DNA of 37,368 nt. Source: a virus. Taxonomy: Duplodnaviria; Caudoviricetes. This document shows positions 15,864 to 24,828 of the stretch, one piece after another. The position numbers and the translations under genes were made by a program. Location of the stretch: the IMG/VR virus record IMGVR_UViG_3300044210_000047, positions 1-37,368 of that record. One strand, given 5' to 3'. Below the pieces are notes generated by a model that saw only the letters and a list, made by a program, of their open reading frames with translations, did no database searches and was not told where the DNA came from. How positions within the stretch are numbered: position 1 is the first letter of the stretch; every line of letters starts with the position of its first letter.

Positions 15864-16373
15864 ATGAAATTCGTTTATCGTCCAGGCTTCAACTTCCCGG
15901 TCGCCGCCGATCAAGCCGCAACCGCCCTCGAACAGATCCGCATGAAAACGATCCTGACCGCGCCGGCGATTGTCAAGGCGTCTCGCCCGAAATCAGCGCC
16001 CCTCCATCCGATCTTTAACTGGAATGACGCCGACGCCGCTGAAAAGTACCGGGAAGGTCAGGCCCGAACCCTGGTGCGGGCGATCAAGGTCGTTCAGCCC
16101 ACGGGCGAGCGCGCTCCGGTCTATGTCAGCGTCAACCCCACGGGGGGCGCGACGACGGGATACTACCAAAGGGCCTCGGTGGCCGTGTCGCGGCCCGACG
16201 AATGGGCCTCGGCGGTGGCGATGTTGGCGATGAAGGTGGCGAGCGCCGAAAGCGCGATTGAAGAGTTGCGGCGGATGGCCGACCGGTCCGGCAATGAAAC
16301 CGCGGGCCTGCTGGTCATCGCCGCCAATGCCCTGGCCGCCGCGCGCGAGGCGGTCGGCCAAATCCGACATTAA
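15864..16373 (+). CDS. Hypothetical protein, probable partner of the RAMP-like gene
   Basis: True start MKFVYRPG with GAGGA RBS; motif LTAPAIVKASRP..PLHPIFNWNDADAAEKYREGQARTLVRAI. Confidence 0.8.
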   Translation: MKFVYRPGFNFPVAADQAATALEQIRMKTILTAPAIVKASRPKSAPLHPIFNWNDADAAEKYREGQARTLVRAIKVVQPTGERAPVYVSVNPTGGATTGYYQRASVAVSRPDEWASAVAMLAMKVASAESAIEELRRMADRSGNETAGLLVIAANALAAAREAVGQIRH

Positions 16374-16386
16374 GTGAGTCTGAGTC

Positions 16387-17211
16387 ATGGATAACGCCGC
16401 CTATCAGGCCCTACCCGCGATTTCCTCGCACGGGCTGATCGAGATGCTGAAAAGTCCCGCCGACTGCTGGCAGAAATACCTAGACCCGATGCGCCCGCCC
16501 CAGGAAGCCAGCGACGCCATGCGGCTGGGGACCGCCGTGCACTGCCTGGCGCTGACGCCACGGCGGTTCGAGCAGGAAATCATCGTGCGGCACTTCGAGC
16601 GCCGCAGCATCAAGGGGAAGGCGGCCTACGCCCAGATGCTGGCCACCGGCAAAACGCCCCTCCGCCCGACCGAGCTGGTGCGCGCCCGCGAGATCGTGGC
16701 GGCGCTTCAGTTTAATTACGATATTCGGAGATTGTTGCGCCGGGGTCGGCCCGAACGGACGTTTATTCGCTCGCGCGGCGCTGACCTTTGCCCCGTGCGG
16801 GGCCGGGTGGATCTGCATGACGCGCGGGGCAAGACGATCATCGAACTGAAAACCACTCGCGACCTATCTCAAATCGATGCCTCCATCCGCCAGTATCGCT
16901 ACGCACTGAGCGCCGCGTTCTACCGCCATTGGCTGCCCGCCCAGCGCGTCGTCATGGTGTTCGTGGAATCCCGTGAGCCGTACCGTACTCGCATCATCCC
17001 GCTGTCCGACGCCCTCCTCGCCGAGGGAGACGAGCAATGGCGCACCGCGCTCGCGCGGTTCGATGCCTGCCGGTGCACGAATGAGTGGCCGGAAGCTGAA
17101 TCCGCCACGCCCGATCTGGACGACGACCCGCTGATGATGCCCATGCCGTTCATGGCGGCAAAAGCCAACCGGCAACGGTTTGAACTGCCAGTAGGCGAAT
17201 TGTCACTTTAA
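16387..17211 (+). CDS. RecE / exonuclease VIII-like PD-(D/E)XK nuclease (DUF3799-like)
   Basis: YQALPAISSHGL, AMRLGTAVHCLALTP, RGRVD, IIELKTT, VFVESREPY. Confidence 0.88.
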   Translation: MDNAAYQALPAISSHGLIEMLKSPADCWQKYLDPMRPPQEASDAMRLGTAVHCLALTPRRFEQEIIVRHFERRSIKGKAAYAQMLATGKTPLRPTELVRAREIVAALQFNYDIRRLLRRGRPERTFIRSRGADLCPVRGRVDLHDARGKTIIELKTTRDLSQIDASIRQYRYALSAAFYRHWLPAQRVVMVFVESREPYRTRIIPLSDALLAEGDEQWRTALARFDACRCTNEWPEAESATPDLDDDPLMMPMPFMAAKANRQRFELPVGELSL

Positions 17212-17227
17212 TTCCGAGTAGAAAAAA

Positions 17228-17482
17228 TTGAACACAAACCAAAAAGTCTGGCGTCATGGATTCATGGTTGGAATTCGGCGAGCGAATGGATTTGACGATG
17301 ATGATGAATTGGCAACAATCCCTAGGGATGAACTGAGAGTGTTACGCCGTGATTCCCAGTTGGTCGCGATCATGCGAGCCATGGGAGCTTTCGATAGGGA
17401 AGGATTCGATGCTCGCCCTGGGGCGATTTATTGGCCTGGAACCGAACAGGCTTTTGACATTCTTTCCGATTACTCCGATTAG
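17228..17482 (+). CDS. Hypothetical protein
   Basis: Lower-GC ORF at the end of the early operon; start uncertain. Confidence 0.5.
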   Translation: MNTNQKVWRHGFMVGIRRANGFDDDDELATIPRDELRVLRRDSQLVAIMRAMGAFDREGFDARPGAIYWPGTEQAFDILSDYSD

Positions 17483-17911
17483 CGTCCATGACCTATTCAG
17501 TTGAGTCGCCGCCGTGAGAGTTTGTCGTTAAGTTGTTGAAATTTGGAGTTTGTTACGCGGTGGAACAAACCTCTGGTGGCCAGGGCAGTCGAGGTGTCCA
17601 GGGGCTGGGGTTTTCTACTGCCGCAAAATGCGGTGGTAGCCGACGCGCCACGAGGGGCTGGGGGCCGAGCGGGTGGCCCTGGCGCGAGCGGAAGCGGGAG
17701 GATACGAATCGGATTCGTATCCCTGGGGGAAATTGCGCCCCAGCGCTCGCTGAAGCGAGCCCCTTCGTGAATTTTCTCCACGGCGGAGAGAATTCGCGCC
17801 CTCGCCCTCGCGGACTGCGGAAGAATGGAAGGGGGTGCATCCGATACACACCCCTGGTTGAGTCGCCGCCGTTGGGTCCAGATTAGCCCGAACGCTTGAC
17901 CCCGCGCCCGG

Positions 17912-18133
17912 CTACACCTCGATGACGGTGGCCTCGGGCAGCGTCGACTCGCCGTCCAACCGCCCGTCGCGAATGAAGTAGCTCACCCCGAGCGTGCCCG
18001 CGCCCCTGACCCGCTGGCGCGACCCGCTCGGGAATTCCACCGTACACGCCCCGAAGTCCGTGTCCACCACCGTTCCGATGGTGATCAGACTCGGCGGACT
18101 CGCCAGTTGTTGAAAGCGACGCCACAGGTTCAT
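17912..18133 (-). CDS. Small tail-associated protein
   Basis: Last gene of the tail operon; beta-rich (GTVV..CTVEFPSGSRQRVRG). Confidence 0.7.
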   Translation of the reverse strand: MNLWRRFQQLASPPSLITIGTVVDTDFGACTVEFPSGSRQRVRGAGTLGVSYFIRDGRLDGESTLPEATVIEV

Positions 18134-20034
18134 GCGGGCACCTCCACCGCGCGTATGCCCAAGGTTTGCACCACGGTTCCGAACCCAACGGAGACCGTGA
18201 GATCAGTGATCAGCCCCGCCCATGTTTTGCCCCCCTCCACGAATCGCACGAGTTCGCCCACATCCCGCAAGGGACTCAGCCCGACATCCGTCGAGAGCGG
18301 CAACGCCAGGGTGAAATCCACCCCCGCCGCGGCGTCACTCAGAATGGCGATGCCCCGCCCCCGGCAGGCGTCCAGATGGCAGAGCAGCGGGTCTATCGTC
18401 GGCGCGTCGGGCATCGCCGTTCCCGGCAAGCCGGCCCGCTGCACTTTCGCCAGAATACCGATGCCATCGCCCAGGTAGACCGCATCCCATGGCTGGCCGA
18501 TGCGCGGCTTCCAGCCCAGCGTGATCAGAATACTGCGCGGCAAGATCACGTCAGGTTCCGTTTCCGTCCACTCCCACACCGGCGCTGGATAGCGCGGCAT
18601 CGCCCGCAACCAGGACAACGCCGGGTCGGCGATCACCCGCCCGCCCGCCGTTTCCACCAGTTGCACGATCACATCGAGGGGTGTTTTCTGGCTGTAGCTG
18701 TAGCGCCCCGCGGGAACCAGCCAATCGGGTAAATCCTCGCTCCAATCGAGCTGCCAGTCCGTGCCCGTCAATTCCTGAGTCGCGAGCTGCTGAGCGGTCT
18801 TCGCGTCGGTTTCATAGCCGTTGACCGGTAACGCCACGTCCGGCCCGAGCAGCGCCGCCCGGCTGCGACCCTGAATCTGCCCGCCGCTCTGACCGAACTG
18901 CACCGACCCGGAGACCTGATCCAGCCGGAACTGCCAGACATTCCCGTCCACCGTCGCCTCGACTTCGAGAGCTTGGGATACGATGGGCCGCACCAGGGCC
19001 AGGGCGGCTTCGCCGGCCAGGGTGGCGCTGACGCTCCAGCCCCACTCATCCCAGGCACTACTCAGCGTCATCGCGGTGACGGGAATGGACACGCGGTCGG
19101 GTAGCCGCACCAGGGCAATCGTGTGGATCATGCGATAACTCCGACGAATGGGGATGACCCAGGCGGGTTCAGCCCCAAAGTGAAAGGCCAGCGGCATATC
19201 CACCGGCGGGTGGAAGTGAAAGCGCAGCGGTCGGCGGTTCGGAATGGGGGGCAGCGGCGGGAGCGGAACCCACGGCCAGGATAAGCCAGCCAGCGCGCGG
19301 GCTTCATCCCACGGGAACCGGTCGACGAGGCGGGATACCGCTGTCCGGGCATCGGCCATCGCCTGCGTCTGAGTCTGGGCGCGCGTGGCGCTGGCACGTT
19401 GAAAGGGACCCGATAGATCGCGTTGCCGCAGGATGGACAGGAACCAGACCCCTTCCGTTTCCCGCGTGGCGGTCTGGCTGTCGCCCCAGACCCCACGGCT
19501 CGCAGTCGTGGCCTCCGTGGCATCCCGCGCCGACGCGCCGCCGTCCTGAGCGAGAATTCCCGCGTCGCGAAACGGCCCGCGAATCGCCTGCGTGCCCGTG
19601 GGCGTGGCGGATTCCACCAGCCGCCACGTGGCGGCCCTGCCGTCCGCTTCCCGCCAGACCGGTCGGCTTTCCTGCCGCTGATCCGCCGCCTCGGCCCATG
19701 CCGTGCGTTGCGCCCCGACCCGAGGTTCCGCCGCGCCCTGCCAGCGCCCCGCCGTGGCGTTCGCCCGCACGTTCGCGGGAGGGATTTCACCCATGAAGGG
19801 TACGGGCAGCGCGCGATAGCGGGGCCCGCGTTGCGTGCCGACCCGTGACCAGGAGGGCGCAATGGAGGGGGCCGACCAGCGCCCGCCGCGCCGGATGCCC
19901 ACGCCCGACCAGGGGATCGGAATTTCGACCGCGTATCGCCCGCCCCGCAGGCGCGCGAGCGAGGAAACGAAGGGGAAATGAAACGAGAGGGCCGTTCGCG
20001 CCGTGGGGCCGAACGCGAACGACAGGGCGGCCAT
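18130..20034 (-). CDS. Tail tip / hub-like structural protein
   Basis: 634 aa in the tail operon; C-terminal beta-rich region resembling tail-tip proteins. Confidence 0.7.
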   Translation of the reverse strand: MAALSFAFGPTARTALSFHFPFVSSLARLRGGRYAVEIPIPWSGVGIRRGGRWSAPSIAPSWSRVGTQRGPRYRALPVPFMGEIPPANVRANATAGRWQGAAEPRVGAQRTAWAEAADQRQESRPVWREADGRAATWRLVESATPTGTQAIRGPFRDAGILAQDGGASARDATEATTASRGVWGDSQTATRETEGVWFLSILRQRDLSGPFQRASATRAQTQTQAMADARTAVSRLVDRFPWDEARALAGLSWPWVPLPPLPPIPNRRPLRFHFHPPVDMPLAFHFGAEPAWVIPIRRSYRMIHTIALVRLPDRVSIPVTAMTLSSAWDEWGWSVSATLAGEAALALVRPIVSQALEVEATVDGNVWQFRLDQVSGSVQFGQSGGQIQGRSRAALLGPDVALPVNGYETDAKTAQQLATQELTGTDWQLDWSEDLPDWLVPAGRYSYSQKTPLDVIVQLVETAGGRVIADPALSWLRAMPRYPAPVWEWTETEPDVILPRSILITLGWKPRIGQPWDAVYLGDGIGILAKVQRAGLPGTAMPDAPTIDPLLCHLDACRGRGIAILSDAAAGVDFTLALPLSTDVGLSPLRDVGELVRFVEGGKTWAGLITDLTVSVGFGTVVQTLGIRAVEVPA

Positions 20035-20036
20035 GA

Positions 20037-20387
20037 TTAGGTCATGGGGTCGGGCGTCTGGTGATCGTAGGCCAGCGCCGGGTACGTCGCGTCATAGCAG
20101 ACCACCAGATAGGTCTGATGCCGGTTGAGGTAGGGCATCACCCAGGTCCCATCCGCCGTGCTCCAGACTTCCCGGACCAGCCGCCCGGTTCTTTCCTCAA
20201 ACGCCCGTAATTTGGTGCGGTAGAGGACAGAATCCAGCGTGATCGGGTCGTTGACCGGATTGCTAAACTGGCCATCGCCGCCGTCCACCATGTCCCGCCA
20301 GAAGCGTGGGGCGCGAATCCGAGTGCTGGGAGCGTTACTCGCCTGACCGGATCGGCCATAGCGGGCGTTGCGGAGCGTCGCGGCCAT
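20037..20387 (-). CDS. Tail-associated protein
   Basis: TGRLVREVWSTADGTW motif typical of small tail-tip accessory proteins; positional call. Confidence 0.6.
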   Translation of the reverse strand: MAATLRNARYGRSGQASNAPSTRIRAPRFWRDMVDGGDGQFSNPVNDPITLDSVLYRTKLRAFEERTGRLVREVWSTADGTWVMPYLNRHQTYLVVCYDATYPALAYDHQTPDPMT

Positions 20388-20390
20388 GGC

Positions 20391-21569
20391 TCACCGCCAC
20401 GGGCCGGTGATGTCGATGAGACATTGTGCCCGCGTATTGGTGTTCAGGATCGCGAGGTCGAACGCCTGGAAGGTGCGCCCCGAAAAGTCAGGGACCGAGG
20501 TCACTAAATCCAGGTGCGTCAGCGGCGTGATATGCAGGGGCTGGTAAATCCCCGGCAACGCCCGACTGCGCAGGATGCTCGTTTCCACCACGCCGATGGG
20601 GGCGAACAACAGCCCATTATCGGGCGGATGAGGATAGGCCAAGCCCGCGGTATGGCCGATACCGGTGGAGATACCGGAATCGCCCATCATGCCCATCGCG
20701 ACCGCCGAGCCAATTTGCGTATAGGACCGCGCCAGGAACTTCCCCGTCTGCGTGGCGGAGTACGCGCCCAGCGAGGCAAAGTGATTGATTCCGCCCGCGC
20801 TGGACGGCAATGTGTCCGTCCCTTCCCCCGTGCCACACAGCAGACTGCTGTACGCATCGCCCGCCCGCAAGCTGGCGATATCGCCGAACGCATAACCCGC
20901 CGCGGCGGTCAGCCCGCTGGCGTGCCAGAACGTCCCCAGATAGAAAATCCCACTATCCCCCACGAGCCACCAGTGGCGGTCGGTGCCATCGGAGGTACTG
21001 GATTTGCACCAGGATAACCCGTTCGTACTTTGCGCGGCGGTGGGAAATAGCCCCGTGCCGGTATCCACATCCGACATGGTTTCATAGCCCCGCGCTTTCG
21101 CCCATCGACCACTCGCCGAGGTCGGGGTGGTGCTGTCATCCAGGACGCGCAGGTAATTCTGACAGTACGGGGCGGCGGGGAGATAGGCCGCCTTGTTCGC
21201 GCCGCTAAACGGCTTCGTCCAGTTCAGCGGGGCGATCTTGACGCTCATGGTCCCCGTCGCGGGGCTGGTGACGCCGCTGCTGATCGCGAACGTGAACGAG
21301 TTCGTGGCAGCGGTCAGGACGCGGAATTCGTGGTTCCAGGCGGCTTCATTCGCCCCGGAAATCGCGATTACGTCATGGACGTTGTAGCCGTGGGCGGTGG
21401 AGGTTTCCACCGTCGCGGTCCCCGCTGTTTGGCTGGCGGTCGAGACGGTCTTGGTATTAAATCCATCCTTCAGGCAGGCATCGAGCAGGCTTACCAGCGT
21501 TCCGGCGACGCCCGTTAAGCCCGGTGCGCCGGTCATTGTCGAGGTATAGCGTTTGACCGCGATGGTCAT
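20391..21569 (-). CDS. Tail structural / receptor-binding candidate
   Basis: GAPGLTGVAGTLVSLLDACLKDGF start, TAHGY..ISGA domain, ends DITGPWR. Confidence 0.7.
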   Translation of the reverse strand: MTIAVKRYTSTMTGAPGLTGVAGTLVSLLDACLKDGFNTKTVSTASQTAGTATVETSTAHGYNVHDVIAISGANEAAWNHEFRVLTAATNSFTFAISSGVTSPATGTMSVKIAPLNWTKPFSGANKAAYLPAAPYCQNYLRVLDDSTTPTSASGRWAKARGYETMSDVDTGTGLFPTAAQSTNGLSWCKSSTSDGTDRHWWLVGDSGIFYLGTFWHASGLTAAAGYAFGDIASLRAGDAYSSLLCGTGEGTDTLPSSAGGINHFASLGAYSATQTGKFLARSYTQIGSAVAMGMMGDSGISTGIGHTAGLAYPHPPDNGLLFAPIGVVETSILRSRALPGIYQPLHITPLTHLDLVTSVPDFSGRTFQAFDLAILNTNTRAQCLIDITGPWR

Positions 21570-21581
21570 CTGGGTTTCTCC

Positions 21582-24500
21582 CTAGGTATCCACGCCCCCG
21601 CGCAACAGCAGGCGGAAGCGATCTTGTCCGGTGGTCGGGGCGCTGGGATGCACCGTCATGGCGACCCACAGCGGGAAATTGGCGGGGAGCAGTTGGTCGA
21701 ACCGCAGGCAGTTTCCCGCCACCCAGCCCGATCCCCACCCTTGCCATCGCAGAATAAAATAGGGCGTGCTGGTCAACGGATTGATCGGCGCGAGGTCGTG
21801 GTTGGTATCGTGATAGCCTGAGCCGCCCAGCGCATCGGTGATGTCCCCGAGCGTTTCGCCGATCACCCGGAAGCTCGTCTGGCTGGTGAAGAGCAGCAGC
21901 CACCGCTCGCGCCACGAAGCGGCATTGGTCAATTCGAGCGGATGCAGCAGACTGTTGTACTGCGCCAGGATCGGGCTCCCGATGCGCTCGCTACTCCACA
22001 CGCTCGTCCACGCCTGCTGTGAAAACGGCGTAGACCACTGGGCGTACAGGTCGCCGTACACATAGCTACTGGCCACGAGCGCCCCGATGGGATAGTCGTG
22101 GCCCAGCGCGCGATTGAGCCGCAGTTGTCCGCTGATGTCGGCGTCCGTCACCAACGCCGCGTCTTCAATCGTCGCTTCCACGCTGTACGGCGAGGTGTAG
22201 CCCGACAGGTCCAGCGGGGTCGCCCAGGTCAGAATGCCGGTATCCTGCGCCAGGCTATAGCGGCTGGGCGGGATCGCGTCGCCCTCGGCGTCGTAGACCC
22301 GCGCTCGAGCCACGCCGGTCAGTTCGGTATCCAGCGTGCCGCCCGCCACGGGGCTTGGCACGCTATGTGTGGTGTGATGCTGCACAATCACCATGTCCCC
22401 CCGGATGATGCAGGGCACCCGCCCATCACTGGGTAATCGCACCGGGTCCAGGCCGAGCAGGTCGGCGGATAGCGGGAGACTGGAGTAGGCCACGGCGTTA
22501 TACCGGGCAGTGCTCGGGATAATCTTGCGCGGCTTCCAGATTTCGCCGTTGACAATATCATCCTCGTCGTACCACTCTGCCGCGAGGTCCTCTTCCGTCA
22601 AATCGTCAACATCCGTCATCTCGCCAAAGCGCAGGTTCACCACGCCAAACTCAGCATCCACAGTGCCCGTCATGGCATCGCCAGTAATGTCGCCATTGAC
22701 ATCCGCGCTTCCCGCTAGCAACTCTCCGTCAACCGCCGTGACCGCAACCTGAAACGCGGTCGGGCGCAGCGGAGCCATCGCGGTACGAAATTGAAACTCC
22801 GTCTCGGTGAACAGCCCACGCTGCACCGCGAGGGATTGCATCGTCAGGGTCTTGCCGCCCGCCGTCCAGGTATGCAGCACCACGGTCCCGGTGGAGTAAT
22901 CAACGGTGCCCGCTTCCGTGCCGACGCTATTGGCGTCCGGAGCCATGATGATCAGCCCCTCGTTGTCCTGATAGATCGTGCTGCCGATGGTAAAGCGCAC
23001 GCTGTTGGGGACTACGGCATCCGTGGTGTAAGGCGTCAGTTGCAAGGTGATGACGGCGGGAGGGAACGTTTCGCTCGCGTTCGTGGGCGCGTATTCGGCT
23101 TCCTGGTACGTGATCTCGACTTCCGCGCTCTCTCCGAACGTATCCCTGGTGCTGACGCTCTTCCATTCGCCCGTTCCATTGGTCTTTGAACTGCTCCAGG
23201 TTTTAGACGGAAAATATTCTTCTGGCGGGAAATAGAGTTCTCCGGTGATGTAGTTCACGGTGCCCGTGCCATCTTGCGTCGGCAAGAGTCGGCCCGAACC
23301 GTCATCCGTCGCTAGATGCGTCACCAGCCATTCGGTGCCATCCTGCGATTCCGTCGTGCCATAGATCGGGGGCGGGGGCGGCGGATGCGCTTCCGCTTCC
23401 GTGACCACCACCAGACGCACCTCGTGATTTAGGTCGGCGAAGTCTTGCGCGTAGACCTGGATTTCAAAGGTGTACACCCCTTTCGCCGCGAACGTACCCG
23501 AGAGCACCCCGGAACTGTTGCCCAGCAAAATGCCTTCGGGCAGATTGCGCCGGTCGGTGATGCGCCAGTACGCGCTGGTCGGTCCACCAATCAAGGTGCC
23601 TAGCACCTGCGAGTACGCGATGCTGACGAGGGGGCTGGGGAGTTCCGCCCAACTGACGTCAATCTTGCCGGGTGGGGCGGGGGTGGTCGCGGCGGTCACG
23701 CTCACCGTCACATCCGTATCGGTATAGCCATTGGCCGATACCCGCGCCACGCCGGTGTGATAAAGCTGTGCGACCGTGAACGTCGCGGTCAATACGCCCG
23801 CTGAGGAAATCGTCGCCGCTTCCGGCAAGTCCCCCCGCGATTGCAGCGCCCAGGTCGCATCCGTGGGAAAAGTCTGGCCGAGCGAATGCACGTACTCGAC
23901 ATTGACCGTCGCGGTCGGCAACGCCGCCGTCGCGACTTGCACCGCGCCGGGGGGGGTGGCCACCACCGTGATGGCGATGGCCCGTTCGACTTTCGGCAGG
24001 TTCGGCGCGGTGACCCGGACCTTGAACCGGTAGACGCCGGCCTGAGCGAACGTCACCGTCAGTATCCCGGATTGCGCCCCATCACTGGCGGTGGTGATGG
24101 TGGCCGCCGAGGGCAAATTCCCCCGGTCCACCCATGACCAGGCCGCCCCGGTGTCGGGAATCGGGACCGTGCCCAGCGTGATGGCCCGCTCGGTTCCGCT
24201 GGTGGCCCACGTCGCCATTTCGGCCCAGCGTATATCGATAGCCGTCGCGGGCGCGGCGGTGACGATGATGCTCGGGGCAAAGCGCGTGGAGGCATACCCG
24301 CTGGCCGAGGCTTCCAACGTGCCGGTGTAGGTCCCGGTGGTACTGGCCGTCATCGTGAGCACGCCGGCACTACTGATGGCCGCGCCCGCAGGCAGATTGC
24401 CGCTATTCTGGATGGCCCACGTGCCGTCCGTCGCGGGCTTCGTGATCTTCCCGACGGGGATGGATAACGCCACGTTCGGGCGATAGGTGGAAAGAGCATA

Positions 24501-24827
24501 AAGCGTGGCTTCGACGGATGACACGGATTCCGTGTTGCGGTCCACGCCGACCGTCACCGCGACCGTCACCAGGGGCGTGGGATTGATACCCGCCACGTCG
24601 CAAGGATAAATCAGCACGGTCGCGGGCGTCGTGTCGGCGGGGGTGAAGGCGATGCGCCCGACGATAGCGTCGTCCTCGCTGGCATAACTGATGGTCACGC
24701 CGATGAGATTGCTACTGGCTAGTTTCCATCCCCCGGTGAGAGGCGTGGAAATCTCGCCGAACCGGCTGAGGTAGGGCTTGCCCACCGTCGCGCGAGGCAA
24801 TGGGCCGTCTAACGTGTAAGTCGCCAT
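21582..24827 (-). CDS. Large tail protein with about five N-terminal Ig-like (He_PIG-type) repeats
   Basis: Repeated W....GNLP..A.ISS.GVL..T....G.Y units, a poly-Pro linker, then GTVNY.TG repeats and LGLDPVRLPSDGRVP. Confidence 0.8.
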   Translation of the reverse strand: MATYTLDGPLPRATVGKPYLSRFGEISTPLTGGWKLASSNLIGVTISYASEDDAIVGRIAFTPADTTPATVLIYPCDVAGINPTPLVTVAVTVGVDRNTESVSSVEATLYALSTYRPNVALSIPVGKITKPATDGTWAIQNSGNLPAGAAISSAGVLTMTASTTGTYTGTLEASASGYASTRFAPSIIVTAAPATAIDIRWAEMATWATSGTERAITLGTVPIPDTGAAWSWVDRGNLPSAATITTASDGAQSGILTVTFAQAGVYRFKVRVTAPNLPKVERAIAITVVATPPGAVQVATAALPTATVNVEYVHSLGQTFPTDATWALQSRGDLPEAATISSAGVLTATFTVAQLYHTGVARVSANGYTDTDVTVSVTAATTPAPPGKIDVSWAELPSPLVSIAYSQVLGTLIGGPTSAYWRITDRRNLPEGILLGNSSGVLSGTFAAKGVYTFEIQVYAQDFADLNHEVRLVVVTEAEAHPPPPPPIYGTTESQDGTEWLVTHLATDDGSGRLLPTQDGTGTVNYITGELYFPPEEYFPSKTWSSSKTNGTGEWKSVSTRDTFGESAEVEITYQEAEYAPTNASETFPPAVITLQLTPYTTDAVVPNSVRFTIGSTIYQDNEGLIIMAPDANSVGTEAGTVDYSTGTVVLHTWTAGGKTLTMQSLAVQRGLFTETEFQFRTAMAPLRPTAFQVAVTAVDGELLAGSADVNGDITGDAMTGTVDAEFGVVNLRFGEMTDVDDLTEEDLAAEWYDEDDIVNGEIWKPRKIIPSTARYNAVAYSSLPLSADLLGLDPVRLPSDGRVPCIIRGDMVIVQHHTTHSVPSPVAGGTLDTELTGVARARVYDAEGDAIPPSRYSLAQDTGILTWATPLDLSGYTSPYSVEATIEDAALVTDADISGQLRLNRALGHDYPIGALVASSYVYGDLYAQWSTPFSQQAWTSVWSSERIGSPILAQYNSLLHPLELTNAASWRERWLLLFTSQTSFRVIGETLGDITDALGGSGYHDTNHDLAPINPLTSTPYFILRWQGWGSGWVAGNCLRFDQLLPANFPLWVAMTVHPSAPTTGQDRFRLLLRGGVDT

Positions 24828-24828
24828 G

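Noticed and set aside
17525-17560. attP/tRNA-like end after TAAGTTGTTGAAATTTGG
   Set aside because: It resembles sequence often seen beside integration sites, but there is no tRNA T-arm match and no integrase.
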